Source of the DNA: Raja brachyura
Lineage: Eukaryota
Assembly: GCA_963514005.1 (NCBI GenBank)
Contig: OY740815.1
Coordinates: forward strand, 9,424,001-9,488,000
Direction: 5' to 3'
DNA length: 64,000 bases
Positions within the stretch are counted from its first letter, which is position 1, and every line of letters begins with the position of its first letter. The translations under genes and the position numbers were made by a program. This document shows positions 50,446-64,000 of the stretch, one piece after another. The notes under the pieces are model-generated. The model did no database searches. It saw only the letters and a program-made list of their open reading frames with translations, and was not told the DNA's origin.

Positions 50446-51770
50446 CGTGAACATGAAGATACAGTTATAGTCTGAGCTTGAATGTGGAATATGTTGCTAT
50501 AACTAAATATTCAATGCCTGCGGTGTCATAACAGCAAAGGCACATAAGTGCTGGCTTCTTTGAACAGCACCGAGAAGTGGTAAAACTTCCCTTTTTACTT
50601 AATCAACAAATTAATTGCATTGGACTTTGAATGAATGAATAATCTACCAATATTTTATGCAGAGCAAGCAGGCGAGGGTGTAAATAAATCAGCCTTATTA
50701 TTGAAACTTGGTTGTATTAGGGCAGGTACTTAAATAGGAAAGGCGCAGAGAGATACAGGCATAATGCATTCAAATGAGATTTGCGTAGAAAGGCATCACA
50801 GTTGGCAAGTGCAAGGTGGGCCAATAGAGCCTATTCCAGTACTGTACAATTCTATGATTTTAACTGTATAAAGCAATTTTGTTGGCTGCAAAACCCTTTG
50901 GGACATTTTGAGGTTGTTTAAAATGCAATATGAACACAAGTCCTTTTAGAAATGCAGAATTAGAGGGGGCAGCATGAATCTTGCATCCTCTCAAACCGAA
51001 TAGGAATGGTAATATCTTCACGCATTTGAAGATATTATTTTGAGTTCAGTACAATCATATTTTTTCAATCTTTGTATTGAGAGTGTTGCAATTAAGTTTG
51101 ATGTCACAGCTTCACACATTTCCAGCCTATTCTAAGCTAACATTGTTTTTCTAGCAGTATAAATTTACTCAGCAGTCAAATCTACTTTGAAATAATCCAT
51201 GCATAAAATTATTTTCCAAAAATTTGCGTTTCTAAAGCCTTCCCCGCGCTCGCGGCCATTTTTTAATCTCCCAGAGCCAGTGTCTTAAATTTATGTGAAG
51301 TTTGAAAATAATTACTGTGCACATTTGGAAAAACACATAATTTGCATCAGAGACTATGTGTATGATGCAGTCCTTGGTCCAAATGCGTAATTGAAAATAC
51401 TCTCTGAATGCTTATACTCAGAACATAGCTTCCAGTGGACCCGCTGTATAATACCACAAGCGGATGTAACTGTATCACATTTCGAATTACAAAGAAAAGC
51501 TTGCATTGTAAAAATAAGTCTGTAGTAGCACAACAAGGAAGGATAAAATCTGTGATTTTTTAAAAAAACTGTTATTTTTTAAAATATTGTTGCCCCCCCC
51601 CCCCCATTGTCTAACCTAGAATACAAACAAATGCCCTTGAATAATAGCATAGAAGGCCAAATAAAATCTCGGGAAATTTATACCGCCTTTTTCACTCATG
51701 TACTGTCTTACACCTGTGATTTTGTAACCCAGTGCTTCTTGACATAAATCAATTTGTGTTACCCTTCCAG

Positions 51771-51865
51771 GTGGCCATTCTAGAAACAACAGTGGGAGCT
51801 CTGAATCCAGTCTTCCCAACTTAGCTAGGTCTTTACTGCTTGTGGATCAACTGATAGACCTGTAG
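51771..51865 (+). CDS. AAK1: AAK1 terminal coding exon including stop codon
   Basis: tccag|GT; [34 protein letters not shown] at 51863-51865; C-terminal LIDL clathrin-box-like motif typical of long AAK1. Confidence 0.96.
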
Positions 51866-54684
51866 GATGGCCCAGCAAGCACGTTAAATTCAGCAACCCT
51901 CTGCACCGCCATTTGCATCTCCCTCTGGATTGTCCATGCAATCTGTGACAAGGTTTCATTGACTGAGGAAATAGGTTGCATTTTCATTTTGCTATCTTGC
52001 CATTGTGTCCTGTCTAATAAGCATGACCTTTCCGACATTTTCTTTCATCTTTGAAATTGATATAATTTTGCCATTTTAGCAAAAGTACGGTCATATTGAT
52101 TATTAAGATTGTGTCCTTTTCAAAGTAAATTCTGAAAAATCCAAGACGGGGTAGATAGGCATTAATTAATTTACAGAATTCAGTGTACAAAACTGAAACA
52201 ATAGTGCATTATGTCCTGATCCCAACTTTTAAACAAACTTGGTTTTGCTTTTTCATACCGTTATATTATTTAATTTCATGGAAAAATTAGAGGGGTATTT
52301 ACTAGCAAAATCAATAGATCTTTTTGGAATGCTTTCTCTTAACAGATCAAGTCAATGACGGTGTTGTTGGATACAGGAATGTCATTTGTACGGTTTCTGT
52401 ATTGAACTACAAGTTTTGAACAATACATGTCAAAAACTAACAGTGTTAGAGTGAGTGATTGATGTACAATTACTAATTTCAGTGTATTGTTGAGCATGTC
52501 CCTGCTTTGATGAAATTATTAGGCACTTGACACTATTAGCCCTTCCACAGACAAAATCTGTGGATTTAGTCAGGTCAAAAAAACTCTGAAATATATTAAC
52601 CCTATAAAGTGGACGTAGCTGTGAGATGGGCAAATCTGGATTTGATGTATGTTGAAATTCTCTGGAAGTCCAATCTACCCATCCTTGTATTACATAGAAA
52701 GATTACAATCAACACCGCCTCACTGAGGGAGTTGAAAACTCTTTTTGATGCATTTAAAACAAAACTATAACAAGGAGCTGCCAAATGAGAATTGTTGATG
52801 CAGTTGTGGAGGTTGATATCTGCAGAGTGTAGGGGCACATTGTGAAGTTTGGACCTAAACAACTACCCAGTGGATTATATTTCTTAACACAAATTTGAAT
52901 CTTATGAAGAAATAGGATTTTAATAATAGTCAAGAATTTTGGTTGCTGCCCGCCTTCCTTGCATTCTTATCTCAAATGCCATGTAGTGTTTTGTGATATG
53001 CAAGGAGCATTCCAAAACTCTGTGCCCTTTGTCCTCCCTGTCATCAAATGCAGGTGAGACGTTTGCCCTTTGAAGTTCCATTAAATCAAAGTTAGCCAGT
53101 TATTGAGTAATTCTATAAATTAAGTGGTTTAAAATGAAGCAGTGTCAGCATATAGCCAACTGTTGAGGCAAGCTGTGCCTTGTTATCCAAAAGTGATGTA
53201 ATCTTGTAAATGTTGACACGTTATTCAAAATGTGACTGATAATGATGATTCAATGATCAAATTCACTATCACACAGTGCCTCTACAGATCTGTGGAGTTC
53301 AAAGGTCTTTTATTGTCACGTGTACCAATTAAGGTACAGTTTTATCTCTCATCAGTGTTAATGTGTGTTAGGAGGAGGACCAGGATTTTGGTTTGAAGTA
53401 ATGTTGGGTTCTTCCCTCAGTGTGTAGAATGAAACATTTGGTTCTGATAAATTGTCCAATTTTCCTGCCTAGTTACCCCGTAGAACTGTATGATCCCTCT
53501 TTAGTTTTGGTGGCTCTTTTGTGAAAGATTTGTGTAGTAACTTCAGAGTTTTTAAGTGCCAGGAACCAGAGCAGTAAGACATTTCACCTGCTTATATACC
53601 CTGGGCACAGATTGGAGATTCCTTTTACGTTAGTCACTGTCGAAGTCTCTCTTTATGAACTGTTCTCCAGCTCCGATTATATAAGCTGGAAGGATTGCTG
53701 TTAAAACAGTTTGAATTGGTACTGTATTGGTTTACTATTGTCATGTATACCGAGATACAGTGAAAAACTTTTGCCCACCGTCCAAGCAAATCTAACCATA
53801 CATGAGTGCATCAGGTTGTACAAATGAGAAAATAAGCACGATTTCAGAATAGAGTATTGCAACTATAGAGAAAGTGCACATCTTTTTGAAAAGTGCAAGG
53901 GCCATAATGAGATAGATTGAAACATTGGGAACTCAGCCCTAACAAGAATTTGTTAACAGCAAAAGAAGCTGTTCTTGAATATGGCATTTTCAAGCTTTAG
54001 TATCTTCTACCTGATGGGAGAGGGAATAAGAGGGAATGACAGGGGTATGAGTGTTCCTATCTATGAGTGCTGTGTTTACAGACCTATTATGCTGCTGCAA
54101 GTGAGAATTGAGCCGTTCTGTTTTTGGTACATATGTCAATTTAAACCAACTCTTGACTGCTTTCGAGGCAAAAGCAGGAAGTAATGAAAGATGTGAGATA
54201 GAACACATGACAAACTCAGTTGTCAAAGTCAACCAAGGTCATTGAAGGTAGTTGTCATTGAAGGGTTTAAGATGAGGCCATCTTGAGAGAAAAATTGTGA
54301 TTTGAGTGGATGAGAATGGACCCGATCATCAAGGTTGGATGAAATGAAAATTATTTTAAATGAAATACGAGGAATGAAATATAATATTGGGCATAACCTA
54401 CAGATTATTCATTCATGTACAGAAATGCTCTTATTATTTCATGCACTGTGTTTTCTATCAAATATTACTGTATCATAGAGTGGTCACCATATGGAAGGAC
54501 AGGCCATTCAGGTTCTATGCAAGAACAGCTCCACAAGTCTCATTTCCACACCCTCTCCCAACAGCTCTCCAAATCTTTTGTTTTTGGATACTTATGCAGT
54601 CTATTTGACTGCCTAGTAGTGGCAGTAGTTTCATATGTGATGTATTCCAAATCCAAACCACATGCTATATATATATATATATAT

Positions 54685-54719
54685 GCTGATTGTCAAAGAA
54701 ACGAACAGTGACATGTGGG

Positions 54720-54763
<44 letters not shown>

Positions 54764-54798
54764 CCCTCATGTCACTGTTCGTTTCTTTGACAATCAGC
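54685..54798. repeat. 114-bp near-perfect palindrome centred on (TA)n
   Basis: gctgattgtcaaagaaacgaacagtgacatgtgggttaa-(TA)n-ttaaccctcatgtcactgttcgtttctttgacaatcagc; one mismatch in the arms. Confidence 0.95.
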
Positions 54799-55267
54799 TT
54801 CTTTCGGTGTTCCCCAGTTTTTTACCCCTTTGCCAATGAGAACAGTTTATTTACCTGTACCACATCTCTTAAGTATCCTTCCCTTTTTCTTGTAGACAGC
54901 TCCATCTTTAACATAAGCAAAACACAACGTACTGGAGGAACTCGTGGTCTTCCAACACTTTGTGTTTTGCTCAGAATACCAGCATCTGCAGTTTCTTGAG
55001 TCCCCATCTTCATTATGTCCATATAGTTAAAGGACTTTCATGCTGAGAATCATTTTGGTTAATCTGTCCTCCATCCTCTCTCTGAAACGTTCTCACCTGG
55101 CACCAGAAATTCAATATAGTACTCCAGTTGTAGCCACACGTATGTTTATAATGGTTCATTATGCCTTTCTTATTCTTTGACTCCATTGCTGATTTTTATA
55201 AAACCCAGGATAGCCTAGAACATAGATCAGTTAACAAATAACCACTGGATCTGTAAAATTACAATAT

Positions 55268-55600
55268 AACATAAAACAGTTCAGCACAAGAACAGTCCCT
55301 TCGACCCATAATATCTGTGCTGAACAAGATGCCAAGAACAGCATTTATTTATGTGTACATAACTCATATCTGTCCATCCTCTGCATATCCATATGCCTCT
55401 CCAAAAATCTTTTAAATGTATCTGCTTCAATCATAACCCTGTCAGCACGTTCCAGGCACCCTCTGTGCGTAAAAAAACCCATATCCTTTAAGTGTTGCCC
55501 CTCTCATCCTAAAGCTATGCCCTTTAGTATTTTAGTTTTCCATCCTGGGAAAAAGGTTCTGACTGTCTATCCCATCTATGCCTCTCATGATTTTATATAT
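55268..55600 (-). mobile_element. CR1 3' end
   Basis: aaagctatgccctttagta..gggaaaaaggttctgactgtcta..ctatgcctctcat, same subfamily as 15116. Confidence 0.7.
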
Positions 55601-56323
55601 CTTGTATAATTTTGACGACCTTCTTAATGTAACTATTCATTTTCAGTGAAGGATGCACATAGTCCCCGTCCCCCCCCCCCCTTCAGATGGCTCTGTTCTT
55701 GTACTCTTTTAAAATTGCACGCACTCTCCTTCCTACCAAAATATAACTTCATATTTCTCGCCATTTGATTTCATTTGACTCCTGTTTGCACATCCTACCA
55801 GCTGTCTTATTTCCTTGATCTTCCTTGAAGTAGTGTCGGTGAAATTATGTTGAAAGCAGAAGATGAATGGCAAAGCTTGAAGGGAGGTTTCATTACTGCA
55901 GTTGGCGGTGTTTGGAAGATTTACTAGGCGATCATGTTGAGACACCCAATGTAATAATAGAATCTAATAGTCAGTAGTCAAAGCAATAGAGTTCCCAATT
56001 TCCTTGTGTTCCACTTCACTAGCTTCCACTTTCAAAAGATCATGCTTCATGATCTCGTCACCTCCAGTATAATACATTGCTTAGTGTGCTTTCTTTGGAA
56101 GACTGAAGAGCTGAAACCTCTTCTCTTGCCGTGAACATTTTTCCCATTTTCTGTTTCAGTGTGAGGTTTGGAAGGACGTGATTTTCTTATTCCTGATGTC
56201 TGTCCTTTACCCAATAAATTACTTTACCTGCTCATCCACCCGGTTCAAACCTAAAAGGGATATGGCTTCAGAGTGATCTTGGTTCATACTAATGACCCCG
56301 ATCGTTGGACAATCAGCCACTTA

Positions 56324-56480
56324 AGGGCCTGTCCCACTTAGGCAATTTTTTAGGTGACTATAGGCAACTAGGCTGTCGCTGGGGTGTCGCCTGTATGGTC
56401 GTCAGTAGTCTCCTCAGTCGCCCAAAGAGTCGTAGCGCCTTTCTGGCCGCCGCAGGATTTTCAACATGTTCAAAAATCAC
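56324..56480. mobile_element. Partial Harbinger-like MITE
   Basis: tta|agggcctgtcccactt left TIR only; no right TIR found. Confidence 0.5.
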
Positions 56481-58479
56481 AAAGAATGTTCAATGCCTCA
56501 GTTTTGTCCTTGGAATCTTGGCTCTTCCGGTGGGATTATGATCACGACCTCTATTTGAAAAGATGGAACATGTTGCATCCCAATAAACTATCTGTCAGGA
56601 ATTTAGTGCAAAAAAAGTGGCACGTTGATATGAAATGAAACAAATTGTAGCAGTATATAAGTGTTCAGAGAAAAAAAAATCGCCCTTAAGTTTAACCTGT
56701 TTATATTCTAAACTATTTATATTCTGTAGTGTCTCAACCCAAAATGTCACCTATTCCTTTTCTCCAGAGATGCTGTTTAATCCGCAGAGATACTCCGGCT
56801 TTTTGTGTCTATATTCCTTATCTTGGTCCAGATTCTGGGTTTGTTTTGGCTTCCTTTGTCACCACCAACAAGTACATTGTGTTCAAGATTGGAAATGGCA
56901 GAAAAGGTCCAATGAGATATGTTCCAATTATTTTTCTTTCTCCAAGAGGGATATTTATCATTGATAAACGATATAAATCATTGTCTTACATAGGTAAATC
57001 ACAATATACTTAAAAAATAATGGGATCACTCACTGATGATTATCAATAGCAATCCACCTCTCATTAAACAGATGAGGAAATAAAGTTGGTGGCTGTTCAG
57101 CCTAGCCACTGAGGAGCCTTGTTGATGATAATTGGGCTATTTTGTTGACATTTGTATTGTCATTTGGGAGTTCAGAAATGTAAATGCCTGACTTTTGTGC
57201 TAGTCTCTTGTTAATACAAGTCTGTAGCTGTGGATTTCATTACACTTCCAATGGCTGCTTAAATGTGAAAAAGTGGCAGGAACATTGTTGTGAGAACTCT
57301 ATTCTGCTTTATGCATTTTCATGCAACCTTAAGTGGAAGTGCCTATCTGTGAAAGTTGATTCTTTTTTACGTACATTCTCATATTCCTCAGATTGTTATT
57401 GTCAATTAAAAGTTATTTTAAGCACAATTTTCTTCATTAAAGTGGGGCCAGCAATTTTTAATTTATGCCCCCCTTGTTTGCCCAATTCCAGCTGGTTCAG
57501 AATTATCCGCATGGTTTTAATAGCGGTTATTGTATGAAATGTGTTTGAAGCAATGAAAAATTTGTTCTGAAAGAATAGCCTGGCGTAAGTTTGTGTTGGC
57601 ACCGTTTCGTAACCCTGCACACAGTAACTATCGAAGGGTCCTCTAGACGATAACATTAATGTTAAAAGATGAGAATATGATAGATGTGATTGAAACACAA
57701 GGCACTGCAGATGCTGGTTACTAAAGAAGGACACAAAGTGCTGGGTTAATTCAGTGGGTTAGGCAGCATCGCTGAAGAATATGAAGAGGTGACATTTTGG
57801 GATCACCAATCCATGTTTGCAAGGTATTACAGGTAATCCGGGAAGATGCACAGAAATTCACCAGTGCGAAGGAGAGCTTTCATTGATGGCTTTCTATAAT
57901 AGCACATACAAATGGGCAGACCATTGTATAAACCTACTAAAATAAACCTATCCTGCCTTTACCCACTGTTCCTGACAACCCTCGAGTGATGGTTATGTTG
58001 AACTGTTCAAAGAGATAATATGTACTTGAATATTAACTCATCTGCAACAGGGCACAACACTGGTTCCAGTCACAACCTATAGAGGGAACAGAGTTGTCCA
58101 TTACTAAATTTGCACAGTTTGTGGGTTTACTTTCCACTCTCCTCTCCAGTCTTTCAAACTGGAATCCTTCATAAATTGGTACAAAATCTATCCCTTTCAC
58201 GACTGACTAAACCTCTTATTAGTTGATGTTAAGCCTTTGCTTGATTCCGTTCTTTTAATCCGTTTCTTTATGTAAGGAATCATTTCCTCAGACTATTATA
58301 ATCTTTTAGCCAGCTCCTTGATGTGAGGGGACCAGAGCTGTATTAGACGCTCACCAAAGATCTGCACAATGACAAAATGGTGTCCTTCATCAGTTATAAA
58401 TATCGCTGTTGCATTGTTTGCAATTGCCGCCGATTCTCTATTGATTGGACATTCATTGCTTTGGGCAAATAACATGGAC

Positions 58480-59152
58480 ATCATCTCCTCTGAAATCCCC
58501 TGGTCAACTCGTCCCCTCCCACCCAAACTACCCCTTCACCGGGTACTTTCCCTTGCAACCGCAGGAGATGCAACACCTGTCCCTTTACCTCCCCCCTCGA
58601 CTCCATCCAAGGACCCAAACAGTCTTTCCAGGCGAGGCAGAGGTTCTCTTGCACCTCACCCAACCTCATCTACAGTGTCTGCTGTTCCAGATGTCAACTT
58701 CTCTACATCGGCGAGACCAAGCGCCAGCTCGGCGATCGTTTCGCTGAACACCTCCGCTCAGTCCATCTTAACCTTTCTGATCTCCTGGTGGCTCAGCACT
58801 TCAACTCCCCCTCCCATTCCCAATCCGACCTTTCTATCCTGGGTCTCCTCCATTGTCAGAGTGAGGCTCAGCGCAAATTGGAGGAACTGCACCTCATATT
58901 CCGCTTGGGTAGTTTACACCCAAGCGGTATGAACATTGCCTTCTCTAACGCAGAAAGCCCTTGCTTGCTCTCTCCATCCCCTCCCCCTTCTCAGTTCTCC
59001 CACTAGTCTTACTGTCTCGAACTATATTTTATCTTTGTCCTGCCCTCCCCTGATATCAGTCTGCAGAAGGGTCTCGATACGAAACGTCACCCATTTCTTC
59101 TCCGTAGATGCTACCTGACTTGCTGAGTTAATCCAGCATTTTGTGCCTGCCT
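58480..59152 (+). mobile_element. Penelope-like retroelement fragment with open GIY-YIG endonuclease frame
   Basis: Stop-free frame 58494-59006: CNRRRCNTCPF..CTSPNLIYSVCCSRCQLLYIGETKRQLGDRFAEH..VAQHFNS..ELHLIFRLGSLHPSGMN, followed by the terminal repeat. Confidence 0.88.
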
Positions 59153-62100
59153 TTCATTTCCTCTTAGCTCCTTGCAGGATGATTTCATGTTGTGGCAATG
59201 TTCTGAGGTGATCTGACCACATTCAACATTACATTTACCTAGGCCAAATGTCATTTACCTTTCTGTGACCTAATAAAGTGGTGAGCTTAATTTGTTTGGT
59301 TTAGATTTTGCTCTTTTATCTCACACTTATCAAATATGCCAATCGTACTGGCACCAACCCTTGGGGACATCCACTTTAACATTTTGGCGAATGCCTAAAC
59401 TAGTATAAAAGTTCCAACTCATTCAACAAGGCTCCGGTTAATTAAATAACCTAATGCGAGGCTTCATGAAAGTTTCAGTGCTTAATGTCTCATAAGATTT
59501 TACTCATGAATTAACCAAATTACTTATTTTAAATATATATTTTGTGTTTATAAGACAAAACCTTTTCCAGAATAGTATCCAATGGGTTCCTCTCGTTCCA
59601 AATAATGTACAAGGGCATCTCTTGGCTTTGCCCATTGGTCATGTAGTATAAGACTATTTATACGTATTATTTGAGGATGATGACGGGAGTGTGTCTTTCC
59701 TGATGTTCTCGTATATTTACAAAGTGACCAGACCAAGGTAGCTAACAGCATAGCAAAACTTCCTGCTGGCCATCCCCATTTACCTATGTTATTGTACACT
59801 GCATATGTAAAATACACAGTGTATTATCTACCACTAGGGAACAATAGATAAGTGTTGTGTTTATGAATGGTATACTCCACATGTGTGTTGTTTGTGCTGA
59901 TTTGAAATTCAAAAAAGAAATTTAGCAATGAATGCTCCATCTGACAGATGTATGACTTCCTCTCCAGTATTGGTTCCCTTTGTTCTGTATTGGATTTTAA
60001 TGATTTCCCTCATAGCATTTGCTTCCTTCAGCTGTCCTTCCCACCCACTTCCTTCTTTACTCGGCCTTGGCCAACCCAATTGGATGACTCTTGAGATATG
60101 CGTAAACTAATATAATAAGTGACTATATTTTCAGCATTTGCAAGCAGTGAAATAAATGTTATCAAAATCTATAAATAGATTACATTAGATTAATTTATTG
60201 TCTCATACACCAAGGTGCAATATAATTCCTTGTTTGCATGAAGCTCATAGAGTAAAAAGTATACATGGTAATGATAGATATAACAATAAATAAAATGACA
60301 AATGCAAAACAGCAGAATAGTGCAATCTGAAATAATGCAAAAAAACACTAAAGTGCAATAATGGAATAACGCAATGTAGGTGGATTTCAGAGTAATAGTA
60401 TGTGAGCAGCACCGCCGGGAACCGGGTGTATAATATTTAATTGGTGCAGGAGTCTGACAGCAGTGGAGAAAGAAGATGTTCTTAAGCCTGTGCTCTCAAG
60501 CTCCTGTATATTCTCCCAGGTAGTTGAGAGAAAGGGTAATGGGCAAGGCAATAGGCATCCTCTATGTTATGTTCCACCACTTACTTCATACCAATTGTAA
60601 TATACGGTGTTTTCTGTCTGCCAAAATGTAATTAGTTGATTTTTTTGAAAAATAGTAGCATGGAAAACATGTATTCCCAACAGTACAGTCAAAGCAGCCT
60701 ACTACAAGCAAAATATGTTAAATATAACAGTGGCTTATGTCATTTGAACTCTGCTTTGACAGGGTGGGCGATGTAGCTGAAATGTATGAAAATGGCTTCT
60801 GTACCTTCATACTTCATACAGTATCTCAAAGCTTGCTTGGCCTTGCAATGCACCAAATGATGCATTTGTCAGATCAGGCCGATAATGCAACCACATGTTG
60901 GTTTACAGCACTGCTCCACAATATGCATGCTGACCTATGTAGTGGCACTGTTAAAATAGGTGATAGTGGATTACATCCGCAATGTGTTATGTGGAGCAAA
61001 GTCTTGCATTGGTCCTGACACAGATAGATTTTCCCCCTGGCCTAATTGATATGAACAGCAGCCAAATCACTGGCCACTCAACTGCTATCTGTCTGACCAT
61101 CCCACGTGCCAATCTCTGCTACTGCAAGTGTAAATTTGTTAAAATTCCCGACCATGAGCCAGTGCACACATATTTCTGTTTTTTCCTATGCAATGCATTA
61201 CATCTCACCAGCTCCCTTATCCAGCTGCAGGGAACGAGCTGCAAAGGAAACGGGGTGTTGCTCAAAATCTCACTGTTGGCCGGTCCACAGAGCAATGCTG
61301 ATATTGGCACACCACTGGGTTCCAACCAGCTGGCACAATAAATTCCAAAACAGCCCACCACATTAAAATGACAGGAACTTGGAGATCACAATATGTATCC
61401 GTGGAAAGTATGTTGCACATTTGATCTCTCTCAATTTGAAAAGCCTCGTGAGACAGAGCTTTCCTGTACTGAAAAATTCCTGAAGTATGAGTTTCTTATG
61501 TGACAGTATCCAGATAGCTTAATTCTATAGCTATAATGCTTTTTTTTTTTCAGTTCAGAATACGTTCATGCCATTTGATGTTTTCATTATTTTGTTTTAG
61601 CAAATAATGACATTTTCTGCTCGGATTATTTACATTCCTTCAAACCCTGCACTAAGCTGCATTTTCCTTGTAACCAATAATGTGCATCTTGTTGTAACCT
61701 CAAGTCTTATCTATGTAACCTGTACTTATATCCATGTTCTTTTTGCTTCCAACAGAACTAATTTTGCTTTTCTGATTCCCATATGAAATAATGTACATGT
61801 GAACTGCCTGTAAAAATGCTGTCTCTTCACTCTAAAGGTTGATGTGTCGCCAACCTATGCAACCTGTGTGTAGTTTCTAATCATTGTGGATTAACAAGTA
61901 GGTTTCTTAAAGATCAGTCTTTTCTCCCTTTTTGGTTTTCTATTCATACGAGTAAAAATATACAATTGTGAGTTGTTATTCCAGCTGCAGTATAGTGTAA
62001 TTCTAGTGTAATGTGATGTCTGCTGTTACATGCACCTTTCAGAACCAAGGGAGGTGCTGTGGTTTAATTAAATTTTTAAAAAAGGTTTCATTTAAAGGAT

Positions 62101-62227
62101 CTACTGAGATCAGTGCAAGTACCAAACACTACACTGGTTTTGTAACAAAACTAGGACAGCAATTATATAACTGCTTCAAGAGGCTTTGATTTGCTTTGAT
62201 TTTACTGTGATTTTCAAAGCTTCAGTA

Positions 62228-62332
62228 TCTCTCTTGCTCTCTCTCATTCTCTCTCTCTCGCTCATTCTCATTCTCTCTCGTTCTCTCTCTCGAAGTCCCT
62301 CTCTCTTGCTCTCTCTCACTCTCTCGCCCTCT

Positions 62333-62376
<44 letters not shown>

Positions 62377-62430
62377 TGCTCTCTCTCTCTCGTGCTCTCC
62401 TGCTCGCTCACCCTCACCCTCTTCCTCTCG
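62228..62430. repeat. (CT)n microsatellite / polypyrimidine tract
   Basis: Imperfect CT repeat with a perfect core near 62337-62371. Confidence 0.95.
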
Positions 62431-63010
62431 CACACATATACACATAACGTACACACTTGTTGACACGGACTGTGTTTTATTTCCCTTTCACCACATCGAA
62501 CGCTGCTTCCATATCAGACATTTTTATTTAGTTTTTTTTTCCCTCTGAGGGTTTGTTTCTGTTTTAATGCTGCCTAAGTGTGTAAGCTATCACACATGGT
62601 GTGACACTGCCAGGCAAAATCCCCGTCCTGTGTTAAGTATATTTCCAGAAGTCGCAGAGGCGCAACGTGTAACATGCGATCTCACCCCCGCCCCTCCCAA
62701 CTTCCCAGATTTCATCGTGGCCTTCTGGCCAAAACGCAGTGTTGCTGTAAAAACTCAAGGCTTGTGTAAACCCCCCTGAAGGAGAGATACTCCAGCTTCT
62801 AGTTTCTGCAACAGAACACATATTGGCATGCTTCTCAGTAGTTTGCATTAAATGGTGCAGAAGAGTGAATGTTTGCAGCATTATTGAGCAGAGTAAAGCT
62901 ACAAATCAGAGTATTTTTGTACAGATTCTAGTGTCTAAAGGGGGGTCTTGCTGATGACGACGTTGTATCTATACTTCACAGTGTAATGTATCCAAGTGAT
63001 TCATTTTCCC

Positions 63011-63048
63011 AATAAATAATGTTTGATGCATATATCTTAAAATAAATC
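63011..63048 (+). promoter_or_regulatory. Candidate distal polyadenylation signals
   Basis: Two AATAAA (63011, about 63043) followed by GT/T-rich sequence (gtatgtgttt..tttggttttgtt). Confidence 0.3.
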
Positions 63049-64000
63049 TTGTATGTGTTTTAATCTCCTTTGGTTTTGTTGCTGATGCCCCCTGCTGCTG
63101 AAGTTCCTGATATGTCTGTGCTTGCATGCTCAATTTATGGGACAAGCTGGCAATGATGAGACTTGTAATATTGACACTGTCGTAAGAAGCGACAGACTAA
63201 TTTAGTTTAATGTCACATGTACCGAGATACAGCGGAAAGCTTTTTATTGCCTGCTGACTAGTCAGCGGAACGATCTATACACAATAGCAATCGAGCCGTC
63301 CACAGTGTACAGATACATGAAAAAGGGAATAAAGTCCAGACTATTTTGGTTCAGTCACTTGAGTTGAGAAAGATAAAACCCCAGTACTTGGCGGTACAGA
63401 GTTGAAGGGTGCATGTGCATTAGCGCGATCTGGTTACCAGCAAATAGTTTAATTTACAAATGTACCTTACCCCTTACTTGGTATAAGTGCAAAGCAGAGC
63501 TAGGTTCTTGGTACAGAATGCACTGCAATCACTGTCAAAGTACCCTTTAAAGTTTTCGTAAGCACACAAAGATTTGGAAGACGGGACACAATTCTGAGAA
63601 CCAGCTTTCAATCTGGATAGATAAGTTAAATACTCCTCCATTCGCTTGCAGTTAAGACTCAAAGGAAAAAGATCTGGCTTCTCACCCTTTTTTCTCGTGA
63701 CCTTGCATCATGGTACAAAACTTACTGATAGACAAATCCCAGTTAAAGATGCTGGGAAGAATCTGCGAATAATGTCACAGTAGTACAGTCCTTGGAATAT
63801 TCTCGATGGTTGAGTTAAACGTCAGCGGGCATCAAAAGAGCCTGCTTTATATTAAATGTCTGCTGAGTTGATTGATTGTGGCTGACACTGAGTAAACTAG
63901 GGAGAGGCGGTGTGGTGACAGGTGGGGGACTAGAGCTAACAAATCACATATTATTAACATTGGATTCGTACAGAAATTTAATAGATGGAATCATTTTTAT

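Noticed and set aside
62186-62548. 120-aa Leu/Ser-rich ORF
   Set aside because: Translation of the (CT)n microsatellite
51866-64000. Alternative large last exon encoding a BMP2K_C-like tail
   Set aside because: No long + strand ORF with acidic or DPF-type content in this interval; it could lie beyond the window

Overview
Eukaryotic, intron-rich vertebrate DNA, most likely from a cartilaginous fish (skate or ray, inferred from HE1-like V-SINEs and the CR1/Rex1/Penelope repeat set). The window holds the 3' three-quarters of AAK1 (AP2-associated kinase 1) on the + strand. I traced 17 coding exons by hand through GT-AG junctions in a consistent reading frame, except across an assembly gap that truncates one exon (N run 40920-41119). 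They run from kinase subdomain VIb/VII (VENILL..DFGS, 1491) through the Q/P/A-rich region and the NPF/DPF-rich tail to the stop at 51865 (..VDQLIDL*). The 5' exons lie upstream of the window. Introns and the 3' flank are rich in mobile DNA: a 5'-truncated L1 with an open ORF2 and TSD, a Vingi-like LINE end, CR1 and Rex1 fragments, V-SINEs, Penelope-like GIY-YIG fragments whose termini carry hammerhead-ribozyme-like cores, and hAT and Harbinger-like MITEs. I found no prokaryote-type system. The best leads are the hammerhead cores, an apparently conserved donor read-through isoform with an RBFOX motif, a shared-deletion CR1 subfamily and a 114-bp fold-back palindrome. Human AAK1 comparisons are from memory and need checking. 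Repeat boundaries are approximate unless a TSD is given.
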